Origin: an uncultured Desulfospira sp. | Lineage (GTDB): Bacteria > Desulfobacterota > Desulfobacteria > Desulfobacterales > Desulfobacteraceae | Length of the DNA: 64,000 bases | Assembly (NCBI GenBank): GCA_963663165.1 | Contig: OY760175.1 | Span: 2,016,001 to 2,080,000, forward strand | Reading direction: 5' to 3' | Part shown: in pieces, positions 19,685-29,454 of the stretch | Layout: each line of letters opens with the position of its first letter | Position numbering within the stretch: position 1 is the stretch's first letter | The notes under the pieces: generated by a model | What the model saw: the letters and a program-made list of their open reading frames with translations, nothing else | Database searches by the model: none | Told to the model about the DNA's origin: nothing | Position numbers and translations under genes: made by a program

Positions 19685-19837
19685 CAATTTTTTGGAGATT
19701 AAATGGATCAATACAAATGAAGTGATCCTGGGCATCACCCCAGGGGCAACGAAAAAGTTTGGGTTCCCTAAAAAAATGCTGTATAATCCTGATGCTTCCG
19801 CCACCTGGTTAAAAACCCAAATTAAAAAAGGAGAATC

Positions 19838-20860
19838 ATGACCACATTAAAAACACCGGCCCCCAACAAAGGCCTTTTTGATCTGTTATACCAAAGCTAT
19901 GTGCCCAAAATCATCAACGCCGCCATTGACACTGGCCTGTTTGACGCCCTTTCAAATGAAACAATGTCCCTTTCCCGGCTGTCTGAAACCCTGAAAACAG
20001 CCCCATCCATCACCGGGGCCCTGCTCAACGTCCTTGTGGCTGCAGGCTTAGTGGACCAAAAAGACGATGCCTTTATCCTTACCCCGCCCGCCCTGGATTT
20101 TCTGGTAAGGAAATCAGAAACCAGCCAGATCAATGCCGTCAAAGAATATTCGGGCAGCAGCGGCCCCTTTGATACCCTGGTGGATGCCCTTCACGGCAAG
20201 GCCCCGGCCTTTGACGGCAAAATGTGGGGTTCCAAAAAGGCGGCCCTGAATATGGAGCAGCAGCAAAAAGGGGGAGCCATCCAGTCGGTCGTCTCCTTTG
20301 CCACAGGACTTGCCCCATTCAAATCCTGCACCAAATTATGCGATTTTGCCGGCAATATCGGGTATCTGTCCTTTGCCCTGATGGCGGAAAACCAGAACCT
20401 GACGGCCCACATTTATGATCTTCCAGAGGTCTGCGCCCTTGCCCGGGACCTCAAAAAAGACCAGGAGGATTTTGACCGGGCCGTTTTTCACGATTTTGAC
20501 ATGGAAAAAGACACCTCCTTTGGCTCGGGGTATGACCTTTTTTTAAGCTCCCATTTTCTGTACGAACTCAATGCCAGCGGGGGGCTTCCGGAATTTTTTA
20601 AACGGGTGAACCAGTCCATGGTAACGGGCGGCCTGTTTATCTCAAACCATGTTGTGCCGTCCAGGGACCCGGGGCACCATCTGACCGCATCGTTGCTGGA
20701 ACTGATGACAAAGTGCATGGGATATCCCACCCATCATCTTCCGGAACAAGATCTTGTATCGGCCTTAAAGAGCGCGGGATTCGGGGAATTTACAACCCGC
20801 CGGCTGGAGACCCAATTTGCCTATCCCATGCTGCTTTTAAGTGCTGTCAAAATCAAATGA
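19838..20860 (+). CDS. SAM-dependent O-methyltransferase (dimerisation + Methyltransf_2 domains)
   Basis: AAIDTGLFDAL N-terminal domain; DFAGNIG, IYDLPEV and YDLFLSSHFL. Confidence 0.85.
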   Translation: MTTLKTPAPNKGLFDLLYQSYVPKIINAAIDTGLFDALSNETMSLSRLSETLKTAPSITGALLNVLVAAGLVDQKDDAFILTPPALDFLVRKSETSQINAVKEYSGSSGPFDTLVDALHGKAPAFDGKMWGSKKAALNMEQQQKGGAIQSVVSFATGLAPFKSCTKLCDFAGNIGYLSFALMAENQNLTAHIYDLPEVCALARDLKKDQEDFDRAVFHDFDMEKDTSFGSGYDLFLSSHFLYELNASGGLPEFFKRVNQSMVTGGLFISNHVVPSRDPGHHLTASLLELMTKCMGYPTHHLPEQDLVSALKSAGFGEFTTRRLETQFAYPMLLLSAVKIK

Positions 20861-21891
20861 AACCGTCTTCCATTCACCTGATCCATGGATTTAAAACAGC
20901 CCTGGCCACAGTGGCCTGTTATGGGGTAACCCAGGTGTTCAACCTGGAGTTCGGATACTGGGCCGTAATTTCCACGGTTATTGTCATGCAGGTATATGTG
21001 GCCGACTCCATTGACATGTGCCTTTACCGCCTGTCCGGCACCCTTATCGGTGCGGCCTTGGGTGCCGGAGTCATGCTGCTGGTCCCCCACACCCCGGTAT
21101 GGATGGGCGTGGCATTGTTTGTCACCACCGGGTCCTGCGCCTTTCTAACCCTGTATAAAACCCGGTACAGAATGGCCGCCATCACAGCGGTGATCATTAT
21201 CCTGACCGGGGTGGCCAATGAGCACATAATCGGATTTACCCTGTTCCGGGTCTTGGAAATCGGTATCGGCATTATCTGCGCATTTTTAGTCTCTGTAATG
21301 GTCTTTCCCCGGCGCAGAATCGATGCCTTGACATCCAGACTGCTGTCCCAGGCCGAAAAATGCAGCCAGCTCGGACAGGACCTGGTCCAGGCCTTTGTGG
21401 AAAAACAGCAGCATATCGATGAATCCCTTGTCAAAGCCCTGGTTGCCGAATCCCGGGAAAACCAGGCCTTTCTGGTGAACATCCACCGCCATGAGGTCAG
21501 GCTTTATCACCTGGACGGCGGTTTTCAGACCGGGGTGTTCCTGATGACACGGACCGTGGAGAACCTAAGGAACATGGCCAGAATCCTGAACAGCCTTGAG
21601 CCAGAAGGGCATCACATCATCATGGCCCAGGAAATGGCACAAATCGCCAAAAGGGCCGGCCAGGTCCTGGTGGCCTTGAATGTGGAACCAGGGGCGGCAG
21701 ATACCCAAAAACTTGCCGACGCCATTGACCAAATGGACCACCGGCTTTTTGACATCAGAAAAGAGGGGCTGACGGCCCGGTTTGATCTCAAGCGGCTGCT
21801 TCAGGTCATGTCTTTTTACAACAGCCTGAAATACTATGCCCAGGATATTCTTGAGGCGGCCCGGAAAATGGGCGAAAAAAAAACGACCTGA
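20857..21891 (+). CDS. FUSC family membrane protein
   Basis: YWAVISTVIVMQ...RLSGTLIGA...RVLEIGIG; ATGA overlap with the methyltransferase. Confidence 0.88.
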   Translation: MKPSSIHLIHGFKTALATVACYGVTQVFNLEFGYWAVISTVIVMQVYVADSIDMCLYRLSGTLIGAALGAGVMLLVPHTPVWMGVALFVTTGSCAFLTLYKTRYRMAAITAVIIILTGVANEHIIGFTLFRVLEIGIGIICAFLVSVMVFPRRRIDALTSRLLSQAEKCSQLGQDLVQAFVEKQQHIDESLVKALVAESRENQAFLVNIHRHEVRLYHLDGGFQTGVFLMTRTVENLRNMARILNSLEPEGHHIIMAQEMAQIAKRAGQVLVALNVEPGAADTQKLADAIDQMDHRLFDIRKEGLTARFDLKRLLQVMSFYNSLKYYAQDILEAARKMGEKKTT

Positions 21892-21940
21892 TTGTTCCGG
21901 TTGATGACAGGGCGTCCAATCTGCACCGGATGCCCTGTTT

Positions 21941-22420
21941 TTATATCTGATAGTCCATGATCAGCACATCAAAGGGCAGATGATCAAATTTAAGGTTCTC
22001 AAAATCCTTGAACCCCAGTCTGGTGTACCATTTTTTCAACCGGGTATTTTCAGCAATAATACCAATGCTGATACGGCTTAGATTTTTTTCTTTGGCATAT
22101 GCCATGATATGATGAACCAGGGCCGTTCCGATTCCGCGCCTTCGAAATTCCGGCAGAACTGACAGCCGGTTCAGGTATGCCGTATGGGTGTCGGGCTGCT
22201 GAAAGGCCACACAGCCTGCGGCCGCACCATCTGCCATGGCCGAAAAATACACCTGCCCGTTCTGAAAATCCGATCGGATCCAGCCCGCCGTACAAAAAGA
22301 AGGATGCTTTGCGGCATTTTCATTTGTCAGCCCGAATTGTTGGGCCACATCCCTGTTGCTTCGGCTGATGATGGCGGCAAGCTTTTGGGCATCGGCTATG
22401 GTTGCAGGTATGATTTTCAT
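21941..22420 (-). CDS. GNAT family N-acetyltransferase
   Basis: RLSVLPEFRRRGIGTAL...WYTRLGF. Confidence 0.88.
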   Translation of the reverse strand: MKIIPATIADAQKLAAIISRSNRDVAQQFGLTNENAAKHPSFCTAGWIRSDFQNGQVYFSAMADGAAAGCVAFQQPDTHTAYLNRLSVLPEFRRRGIGTALVHHIMAYAKEKNLSRISIGIIAENTRLKKWYTRLGFKDFENLKFDHLPFDVLIMDYQI

Positions 22421-22624
22421 GATATTCCCGTCAGCTGGCATATTTCAATTACAAGTTTACGCAAAATGGGGCCGTGCCAGGATCCTGCCCGAGGTTGAAA
22501 ATGCATCAATAAGACTTAAGTTAAACGGTCAGGACAGACTTTTTTTATTGTTGATGAAAAGACATAAAAAATCAACCGGTCTGCCCTGATTTATTTTAAC
22601 TGGAATGTCCTGGGCCAAAAAGGA

Positions 22625-23833
22625 GTGATGAATATGAACGCATTGCATTCTTGCGCCCTGGTTGACCTGAGCATTAGTATTTCCTGGGAAAAAGACGCCA
22701 TAACCCACGAGGATCATTTTTATGTCAATGGACTGAACGGCTACCGGGATATCTTCCCGGGTTCGCCGCTGGCACGCTTGTTCACAAAGGACCGCCCGTC
22801 AGACCTGTCCCTTGATATTCAACCCGGAGAATTTGTGCCGGGTTTTGCCCCCCAAAAAATCATGTCCCTGCCCTGGTCCCGGATCAACCACCCGCCAACG
22901 GATCAGATCCAAAGGGGCCGGTTTTACCCCAGGGGAATCTTATCCGGAATCCCGGGAATTTTTAAGGGAAATACCCAGCCGTTCCGCTGTGTGGATCTGG
23001 ATTCAAAGGGCATTCTGGCAGACATGAATCATCCCATGGCACCGCTTGGCTTTACATTGAAATTTCAAATTATGAACCGGTCCTCAAAAGCTGAGGAGCG
23101 CGGGGGCGCCTGCATGGACTGGCTTGAAGCCGCCCTGTCCGGCCCGGGCATGCAAAGCCGCTGCAATGGCTGTCCCACGGATTTTTTCACCCCATGGGCA
23201 TTTGACCGGGATGATTCCGGGCCGGATGCGGATTTTTACCGGACCGACCGGTTTGTCGGCCATGTGGATACCACAGCCGGCCGGAATCTGTCCGGGCTGT
23301 ATAAATCCCTTCTTCATCCCGGGGAAACGGTTCTGGATCTCATGGCCGGGTGGCAGTCCCATATCCCGGAGGATCTTGAGCTTGAAATGCTTCATGGGAT
23401 CGGGCTCAATAAAAACGAATTGAAAGACAACCCTGGCCTTTCCGGCTTTACCCTACAGGATTTGAACCAGAACCCGACACTTGAATTTAAAGACCATTTT
23501 TTTGATGCGGTGATCTGCTCCTTATCCGTTGAATACCTTTCAAATCCCATCCCTGTGTTTAAAGAAGTGGCAAGGGTCCTGAAACCCGGGGGCCTGTTTG
23601 CCGTATCCTTTTCCAACCGGTGGTTTGAGCCCAAAGCCATAAACATCTGGAAAGATCTCCATGATTTTGAGCGAATGGGAATGATCCTTGAATACTTTGA
23701 CAGGGCCGGCGGATTCGAATCCTTTTCAACCCGGTCCATGCGGGGATATCCAAGACCCGTGGATGACAAATATTTCCCGGAAATCCGGACCAGCGACCCG
23801 GTTTATGTGGTTGCCGGTTATACAGTTTCTTAA
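22625..23833 (+). CDS. Class I SAM methyltransferase with N-terminal FKBP/SlyD-like region
   Basis: DMNHPMA (SlyD-like NHPLA); VLDLMAGW, FDAVICSLSVEYL and RVLKPGG. Confidence 0.8.
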   Translation: MMNMNALHSCALVDLSISISWEKDAITHEDHFYVNGLNGYRDIFPGSPLARLFTKDRPSDLSLDIQPGEFVPGFAPQKIMSLPWSRINHPPTDQIQRGRFYPRGILSGIPGIFKGNTQPFRCVDLDSKGILADMNHPMAPLGFTLKFQIMNRSSKAEERGGACMDWLEAALSGPGMQSRCNGCPTDFFTPWAFDRDDSGPDADFYRTDRFVGHVDTTAGRNLSGLYKSLLHPGETVLDLMAGWQSHIPEDLELEMLHGIGLNKNELKDNPGLSGFTLQDLNQNPTLEFKDHFFDAVICSLSVEYLSNPIPVFKEVARVLKPGGLFAVSFSNRWFEPKAINIWKDLHDFERMGMILEYFDRAGGFESFSTRSMRGYPRPVDDKYFPEIRTSDPVYVVAGYTVS

Positions 23834-23995
23834 AACAGAACCATTGACCGGAAACCGGAAGCCAAATCCGGCATACGCCCCCCCCCGGTTTCCGGTTCCC
23901 GGTTTACGGTCTCCGTTAATGCAGCCAAATGAACCAGATTGACCCGACTCGTAATCTGTGACATAGTCTAACCAGATAAACCCCACATCGAACCA

Positions 23996-26161
23996 TTGAA
24001 AGAGCCAATGCCGCCATCTTCAGAAAACCAGGAAAGCCCATCGTTTAAGGCCATTGTAAGCGCCATACCGGATATGATCATCCGCATCGGCAAAGACCGG
24101 GTCTTTAGAAGTTTTGAAGGAAATATCAAGGAATTGTACGAGCCGGTCGAAAACTATCTTGGCAAGGCCATTGACCAGGTTATGCCCAAAATTGCGGCAG
24201 AGCGGTTTACCGATGCCCTTGAAAAAACCTTCAGCACCGGCCAGGTCCATCATCTTGAATATACCCTTCCCATCAACAACCAGATCCACCACTATGAATC
24301 CCGCATGGCAAAGTGCAGCGATGAAGAGGTCATTGCCCTTGTCCGGAATGTGACCCGGGAACGGGAGAATGAGCTTGAGCTGAACAAACAATGCTCCCGG
24401 CTGACCCGACGGATAAAGGACCATAGCAGCAGCCTGTCGGCCGCCGAGAAAAAATACCAGGATATTTTTCACTATTCCGGGGCCCCTGCAGTTATTATCG
24501 AGCAGGACCGGACCATTTCCATGGCCAACCAGAAATTTGAAGAGTTTATCGGGTATCCCCGAAAGGACATCGAAAACCGGATCAAATGGACGGATTTTGT
24601 GCACCCCTCAGACCAGGATATGGTTTACCGGTACCATTTTGCCCGAAGGGCCGGTAAAAAAAATGTTCCCAATGAATACGAATGTCGGTTCATGGACCGG
24701 GACCGGAATGTCAGATCCGTTATCGTCAAGGTCGGGCTTTTAGCGGAACCGGGCCGGACGGTCACGTCCATCATCGACATCACCTCTTTAAAGCAGAAAG
24801 AAAAACAGATCCGGGACCGGGAGAGCATGTACAGCGCTATCCTGGAAGGATATGAAGGGTTTATCTATTCCATTGACAAGGATTACCGTATCCGGTTCCT
24901 TAACGAAAACCTGATCCGGGACACAGGGAAAGATGTGACCGGCCAGATCTGTTATGAAGCCCTTCACCGCCGGCAGTCCAAATGCCAGTGGTGTGTGGCG
25001 GATCAGGTGTTTGCAGGCCGCCGAATCCGGTTTCAGATGAAAAACCCGAGAAACAAAAAATGGTATTACAGCGTGAACGTGCCCGTGACCCTGTCGGACA
25101 ATTCCACCTTCTGCCAGTCCATGATTATGGACATCGATGAACACAAGCAAATGGAAGAAACCCTGCGGGCAAGCGAGGCCCATTTCAGGGAAGAAAACAG
25201 CCGGCTTCGAACCCGCATGGAAGACCGCCACGGATTTGGTGATATTGTGGGCCAAAGCCCGCTGATGCAGGAGGTCTACGAACTGCTGCTCCTGGCCGCA
25301 TCCTCGGATAACAACGTGATCCTTTACGGGGAGAGCGGCACCGGAAAAGAGCTGGCAGCCCGAACCATCCATGACATGAGCGGCCGGCGGGAGCACCGGT
25401 TTGTCCCCATCAATTGCGGGGCCATTCCTGAAAACCTCCTGGAAAGCGAATTTTTTGGATATAGAAAAGGGGCGTTCACCGGTGCTGTCAGCGACAAGCC
25501 AGGGCTTTTGGATGAGGCGGACAAGGGCAGCCTGTTCTTAGATGAAATCGGTGAGATCGAAACCGGATTCCAGGTCAAACTGCTCAGGGCCATCGAAGGC
25601 GGGGGATACACCCCTGTGGGCGGCAACGACCTGCACCGGCCTGATTTCAGGATTATTGCCGCCACCAACCAGAACCTGACGGAACGGGTGAAAAAAGGGC
25701 AGATGCGCTCGGACTTTTTTTACCGGGTTCATGTGATTCCCATCTACCTGCCCCCCTTAAGAAAGCGCAAGGAAGACATCCCCTTGCTCATCGAACATTT
25801 TTTCAAGGCTTATGACCGGAAAATCAGGCCCCGGGTCACCGCCAAAATCATGGATACCTTGTTGAACTATGCCTGGCCAGGCAATGTCAGGGAACTCCAG
25901 AACGTCCTTTACCGGTTTGTCACCCTCAAACGGCTGGACTTAAGCGGCACATCCCCGTCCATGGAAGCCGGACCCGAGGCCCCTGCAGCCTTTGATCTTG
26001 ACACGGGCACCCCCTTGACAGATGCGGTGGCCGGTTATGAAAAACAGCTGATCTCCTCGGCACTGGCCGAGCATAGGTGGAACCGGACCCAGACAGCCAA
26101 GCACCTCGGCATCGGTCTTCGAACTCTCCAGCGGAAAATGAAGCAGTACGGGATCCAGTAA
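23996..26161 (+). CDS. PAS-domain sigma-54 enhancer-binding protein (Fis HTH)
   Basis: Three PAS-like segments; GESGTGKE, GAFTGA, LFLDEIGE, WPGNVRELQN and C-terminal HTH. Confidence 0.95.
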   Translation: MKEPMPPSSENQESPSFKAIVSAIPDMIIRIGKDRVFRSFEGNIKELYEPVENYLGKAIDQVMPKIAAERFTDALEKTFSTGQVHHLEYTLPINNQIHHYESRMAKCSDEEVIALVRNVTRERENELELNKQCSRLTRRIKDHSSSLSAAEKKYQDIFHYSGAPAVIIEQDRTISMANQKFEEFIGYPRKDIENRIKWTDFVHPSDQDMVYRYHFARRAGKKNVPNEYECRFMDRDRNVRSVIVKVGLLAEPGRTVTSIIDITSLKQKEKQIRDRESMYSAILEGYEGFIYSIDKDYRIRFLNENLIRDTGKDVTGQICYEALHRRQSKCQWCVADQVFAGRRIRFQMKNPRNKKWYYSVNVPVTLSDNSTFCQSMIMDIDEHKQMEETLRASEAHFREENSRLRTRMEDRHGFGDIVGQSPLMQEVYELLLLAASSDNNVILYGESGTGKELAARTIHDMSGRREHRFVPINCGAIPENLLESEFFGYRKGAFTGAVSDKPGLLDEADKGSLFLDEIGEIETGFQVKLLRAIEGGGYTPVGGNDLHRPDFRIIAATNQNLTERVKKGQMRSDFFYRVHVIPIYLPPLRKRKEDIPLLIEHFFKAYDRKIRPRVTAKIMDTLLNYAWPGNVRELQNVLYRFVTLKRLDLSGTSPSMEAGPEAPAAFDLDTGTPLTDAVAGYEKQLISSALAEHRWNRTQTAKHLGIGLRTLQRKMKQYGIQ

Positions 26162-26172
26162 AACCCTCATAT

Positions 26173-26403
26173 ACGCCATCATTGCCGCAAACCACGCCAA
26201 TAATGACGCGATTCCAATAAATACTTTAAAATCAAATAGTTAGTTATAATCAATCCCTTCGGCATGCCGATATCGGCATAGAAGACAATTCTGACAGCCC
26301 GCCCCCACCCTGCAACCTCAGCATCTCTATAAAAATTTCTCCTTTAATTTAAGATGATTACAAAATAAATACACCCCTTCCTCTTTCTGGCACAGAACTT
26401 GAT
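26173..26403 (+). promoter_or_regulatory. Sigma-54 promoter region, copy 1 (enhancer-like palindromes, IHF site, -24/-12)
   Basis: YGCC-N5-TGNCG-like sites; tgccgatatcggca palindrome at 26265-26278; AATCAAatagTTA at 26230; TGGCAC-agaac-TTGAT at 26388-26403. Confidence 0.75.
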
Positions 26404-26474
26404 ACATCTTCTACAGAAAACAATGGAAACCAAACATTGCGCAATGATAGATAATTAAACCAAAGGAAAGTATC

Positions 26475-26621
26475 ATGAAACACCCATATGAATCAGCATT
26501 TGACTCGAACCCGATAGAACTGTCAGCCTTGATCAAAGAAAGCAGAAGGCGGAGCAACCAAAGCATGATTCGCTCCCTGAAAACATTAATCAATATGCTG
26601 GGGCACACCTTAAGACGGTAG
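26475..26621 (+). CDS. Small protein, 48 aa (MKHPYESAFDSNPIELSALIKESRRR...), absent from the ORF track
   Basis: RBS aaagga; paralogue of 27157-27321; bracketed by promoter and terminator. Confidence 0.65.
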   Translation: MKHPYESAFDSNPIELSALIKESRRRSNQSMIRSLKTLINMLGHTLRR

Positions 26622-26668
26622 GACAAACGCTGACTCTGATCCAGCAAGACCCTCCTTAAGCCTATCGG

Positions 26669-26707
26669 GCAGGGCCGGTGCGGATATGGCACCGGCCCTG
26701 CTTTTTT
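26669..26707 (+). terminator. Rho-independent terminator, copy 1
   Basis: gcagggccggtgc-ggatatg-gcaccggccctgc-tttttt. Confidence 0.9.
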
Positions 26708-26853
26708 CTTCCATTCCACCGGAACCGACCCAAGCCAGCCAGTTTCCCATTTTCTGCCCGGTCGCAATGCCGTTCACTGCCTTAAGATAACGCCTATTCA
26801 TAATTGTTCGGCATTTTAAAACGGCAGCACCAGGGGGCAGCGCCCCCTTGATG

Positions 26854-27086
26854 TGCCGGGATTGCCGCAAACCACGCCATTTTTGGCGTAATTTCTATAA
26901 ACACCATTAAATCAAACGGTTACAAGAAATTAAGCCGCCCGGGATGCCGGTATTGACGCATCAGGTGATCCCGCAAGCCTGTCTCCCGGCCACCACATTT
27001 CTTAGCCTATTAAAAAATAATTCATTAATTTAAATCACTTAAAAACCAATCACACGCCCCTGCCGATCACTGGCACAGAAGTTGAT
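26854..27086 (+). promoter_or_regulatory. Sigma-54 promoter region, copy 2
   Basis: attgccgcaaaccacgcca identical to copy 1; AATCAAacggTTA at 26910; TGGCAC-agaag-TTGAT at 27071-27086. Confidence 0.75.
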
Positions 27087-27156
27087 TAATATATGGCAAA
27101 AGACAATGGAGACCAAACATTGCAAAATGACAATTAAAAACCAAAGGAAAACCCCC

Positions 27157-27321
27157 ATGAAGATTGCGTACCAAACCGCATATGACTCAAACCCTGCACG
27201 ACTGCAACTTTTAATAAAAAGAAGCAAAAACACACGCAACCCAAGAACGACTCACTCCTTAAAAACGTTGCCAACCCTCATGCTGGGAATGATCCTGATG
27301 GCAAAACGGGCCTTACCCTGA
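27157..27321 (+). CDS. Small protein, 54 aa (MKIAYQTAYDSNPARLQLLIKRS...)
   Basis: RBS aaagga; shares MK..Y..A.DSNP..L..LIK.S...SLKTL with 26475-26621. Confidence 0.65.
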   Translation: MKIAYQTAYDSNPARLQLLIKRSKNTRNPRTTHSLKTLPTLMLGMILMAKRALP

Positions 27322-27346
27322 TCCGGGACCAGTTTTGAGTCTATCG

Positions 27347-27386
27347 AACAGGGCCGGTGCGCTATCCGCACCGGCCCTGTTTGTTT
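27347..27386 (+). terminator. Rho-independent terminator, copy 2
   Basis: aacagggccggtgcg-ctatc-cgcaccggccctgtt-tgttt. Confidence 0.88.
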
Positions 27387-27610
27387 CCGTCTTTATATTT
27401 TTAAACCGGCTTTCGACTATGTCCAGATCTCGCCTATCCGTTTTCCGTGATTTTCTTTAAAAAGCATGTTGACTCGAACCTATCCCGGAGAATAGGATAG
27501 ATAAAGGGTCGGGCATATGTAAAGGAGGTGAATCTCCGCCACGCCACTTTGCCCGGACTGTGCCTGCCACCGGAGCCGGTTTTTACCCTTTCCTGCCATA
27601 CAGAGTAAAT

Positions 27611-27646
27611 TTTGTGGCTCATATTTTGGGATTTATGAGCCACAAA
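27611..27646. repeat. 13-bp inverted repeat tttgtggctcata/tatgagccacaaa (copy 1)
   Basis: Perfect IR; the same motif recurs at 28649-28698. Confidence 0.85.
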
Positions 27647-27677
27647 CAGATTTGAAGCTGCCTGTTCTTATCCTTCT

Positions 27678-28268
27678 TCATTCAACGCCTTCCCAGTTTT
27701 GATACCTGTCCCGGGACCAGCGGAGGTATTTCAACAGTTCCCAGTTCACCGAGTCGGGATCAAACTGCTCACTGTCAAAGTTGCCGCCGGCCCAATCCAT
27801 GTAGCTTTCATGATCTTCATGGGTCGGGTCCTGCAGGGCTTTGCAGAATTCAAAGTAGCCAGGAACGCCGCCCACATCTTCAGGCGGACAGGCTCGTTCA
27901 CCTTCCATACACATCAGCTCTGCTTCTGATGTTGAAACAAGATACCGGTTCTCTTCAAGAACCAGTCGGTGTTTCCAGCCATCGCCAAAATCATAATGAT
28001 AAAAAAACTCACGCCCTTTCTGTTTGATCAGATCTCCGAGCCGGTATTTCCCGCATTCAAGCCCGTCTTCTTTGGATTCCGGATATTCGGTGTAACACTT
28101 TTTACTTATCACAAATTCGTGCAGATGGCTGTCGGTCCAGCCCATGACAATCTGGATAACATCGTGGAGCCGATCCAGTGTAATACTTGCGGGCACCACA
28201 AAACGACGCCAGATTGCCGGCTCGATGTCAATCAACTCAATTTCCAACAGGTAAAATCGTTCTTTCAT
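27678..28268 (-). CDS. Plasmid pRiA4b ORF-3 family protein (copy 1)
   Basis: PAIWRRFVVP, LHDVIQIVMGWTDSHLHEF, YDFGDGW and GERACPPEDVGG. Confidence 0.92.
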   Translation of the reverse strand: MKERFYLLEIELIDIEPAIWRRFVVPASITLDRLHDVIQIVMGWTDSHLHEFVISKKCYTEYPESKEDGLECGKYRLGDLIKQKGREFFYHYDFGDGWKHRLVLEENRYLVSTSEAELMCMEGERACPPEDVGGVPGYFEFCKALQDPTHEDHESYMDWAGGNFDSEQFDPDSVNWELLKYLRWSRDRYQNWEGVE

Positions 28269-28293
28269 TTCTTCACCTCATACCCTGATTCCG

Positions 28294-28503
28294 TCATTCG
28301 GCTTTGTTTTCATCATGGTGTTCATTGCCTGCAGCCGCACCGCCTGATCGCACCCACCCGTCCACTTCATCTTTCTTGAATTTCCAAAGACGGCCGATTT
28401 TATGGGCGGGCATGCCTTTTTCGTTTATCCATTTATAGATGGTATCTCGCTTGATCCCGAGATAGGCTCCAATTTCATCTACGGACAACCATCTGTCTTC
28501 CAT
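28294..28503 (-). CDS. Excisionase-type (HTH_17) DNA-binding protein
   Basis: MEDRWLSVDEIGAYLGIKRDTIYKWI...PAHKIGRLWKF. Confidence 0.88.
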   Translation of the reverse strand: MEDRWLSVDEIGAYLGIKRDTIYKWINEKGMPAHKIGRLWKFKKDEVDGWVRSGGAAAGNEHHDENKAE

Positions 28504-28648
28504 TTTCAACTCCATCATTCCTTGAGGGCCGGGCCATTTTTTGATGTATGGCGGCTCGTCAAGTTGTTTAACCGGACGGCATCCCATAGGGTGCAATCCG
28601 GCTAAATTAGAACAACGATGTTGACGCTCATCAGATCGATACAAACGG

Positions 28649-28698
28649 GTTTGTGGCTCATATTTAACAAAAAATGAGCCACAAACTATTTTGTGGCT
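28649..28698. repeat. Inverted repeat gtttgtggctcat/atgagccacaaac plus a third arm (copy 2)
   Basis: Read directly from the sequence. Confidence 0.85.
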
Positions 28699-28710
28699 AA
28701 TTCATGATCC

Positions 28711-29454
28711 TCAAAACGCATGATACCCTTCAGCAATATTCAACAGTTCCGGGTAAGCCAGGGTGGCGGCACGGCGGCCCCGGCCCGGCTGAAGCTCTTT
28801 CAGTATCCCTTCCGACTTCAAAAGCGTGAGAATACGCTTGGCCGTGGGAACTGGAATGTCGGATGACTGAAAAAAGTCAGATGTTTTAAAAATCGGCCGT
28901 TCAAAGACCCAGTCCAGGGTATGGATGGCATACTGGGAATGGGTCATGTCGGCAAAACCGGTTTTCATCCGGTTGTACAGGTCCAGAATGGCCCGGGCTT
29001 TGGCCAGGTTCTCCTCGGCCTGGATCTTGACCGCCTCAAGAAAGAATGCGCACCACCCGGTCCAGTCGCCGGCCCGGGAGACCTCAAGCAGCCGCTCATA
29101 ATAGATATCGCGGTGGCTTTCCAGATAGGCACTGATATAGAACATGGGCTGCTGGATAAGCCCGGCCTGGTATAAAAACAACGGGATGATCATGCGGCCC
29201 AGCCGGCCGTTGCCGTCCAAAAAGGGATGAAGGGCTTCAAATTCGGCATGGAGCAGGGCCAACTGGATCAACGGATCAAGGCTCTGTTCATGGATGAATT
29301 TTTCCCACCTGGACATGGCCTGGGGCAGTTTATCCGCCGAGACCGGCACATACCGTGCTTCGGCCATGGGACAGCCCACCAGGGATATCAGGCGGCTTAA
29401 GTCCAGGTCCGTGGGTGGGAATTGCCCTTCATGATAATGTACCGGGTTGCTCAT
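28711..29454 (-). CDS. Fic family protein, probably with an internal in-frame deletion
   Basis: HPFLDGNGRLGR Fic motif; N-terminal region appears abbreviated (LISLVG|CPMAEARYVP). Confidence 0.85.
   Translation of the reverse strand: MSNPVHYHEGQFPPTDLDLSRLISLVGCPMAEARYVPVSADKLPQAMSRWEKFIHEQSLDPLIQLALLHAEFEALHPFLDGNGRLGRMIIPLFLYQAGLIQQPMFYISAYLESHRDIYYERLLEVSRAGDWTGWCAFFLEAVKIQAEENLAKARAILDLYNRMKTGFADMTHSQYAIHTLDWVFERPIFKTSDFFQSSDIPVPTAKRILTLLKSEGILKELQPGRGRRAATLAYPELLNIAEGYHAF

Noticed and set aside
26411..27239. Minus-strand ORFs across the duplicated sigma-54 units
   Set aside because: They cross terminators and promoters; all conserved signals point to the + strand
27471..27480. gactcgaacc as the distal att of the island
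   Set aside because: Weak T-loop-like similarity only; the same 10-mer occurs inside the small ORF near 26502
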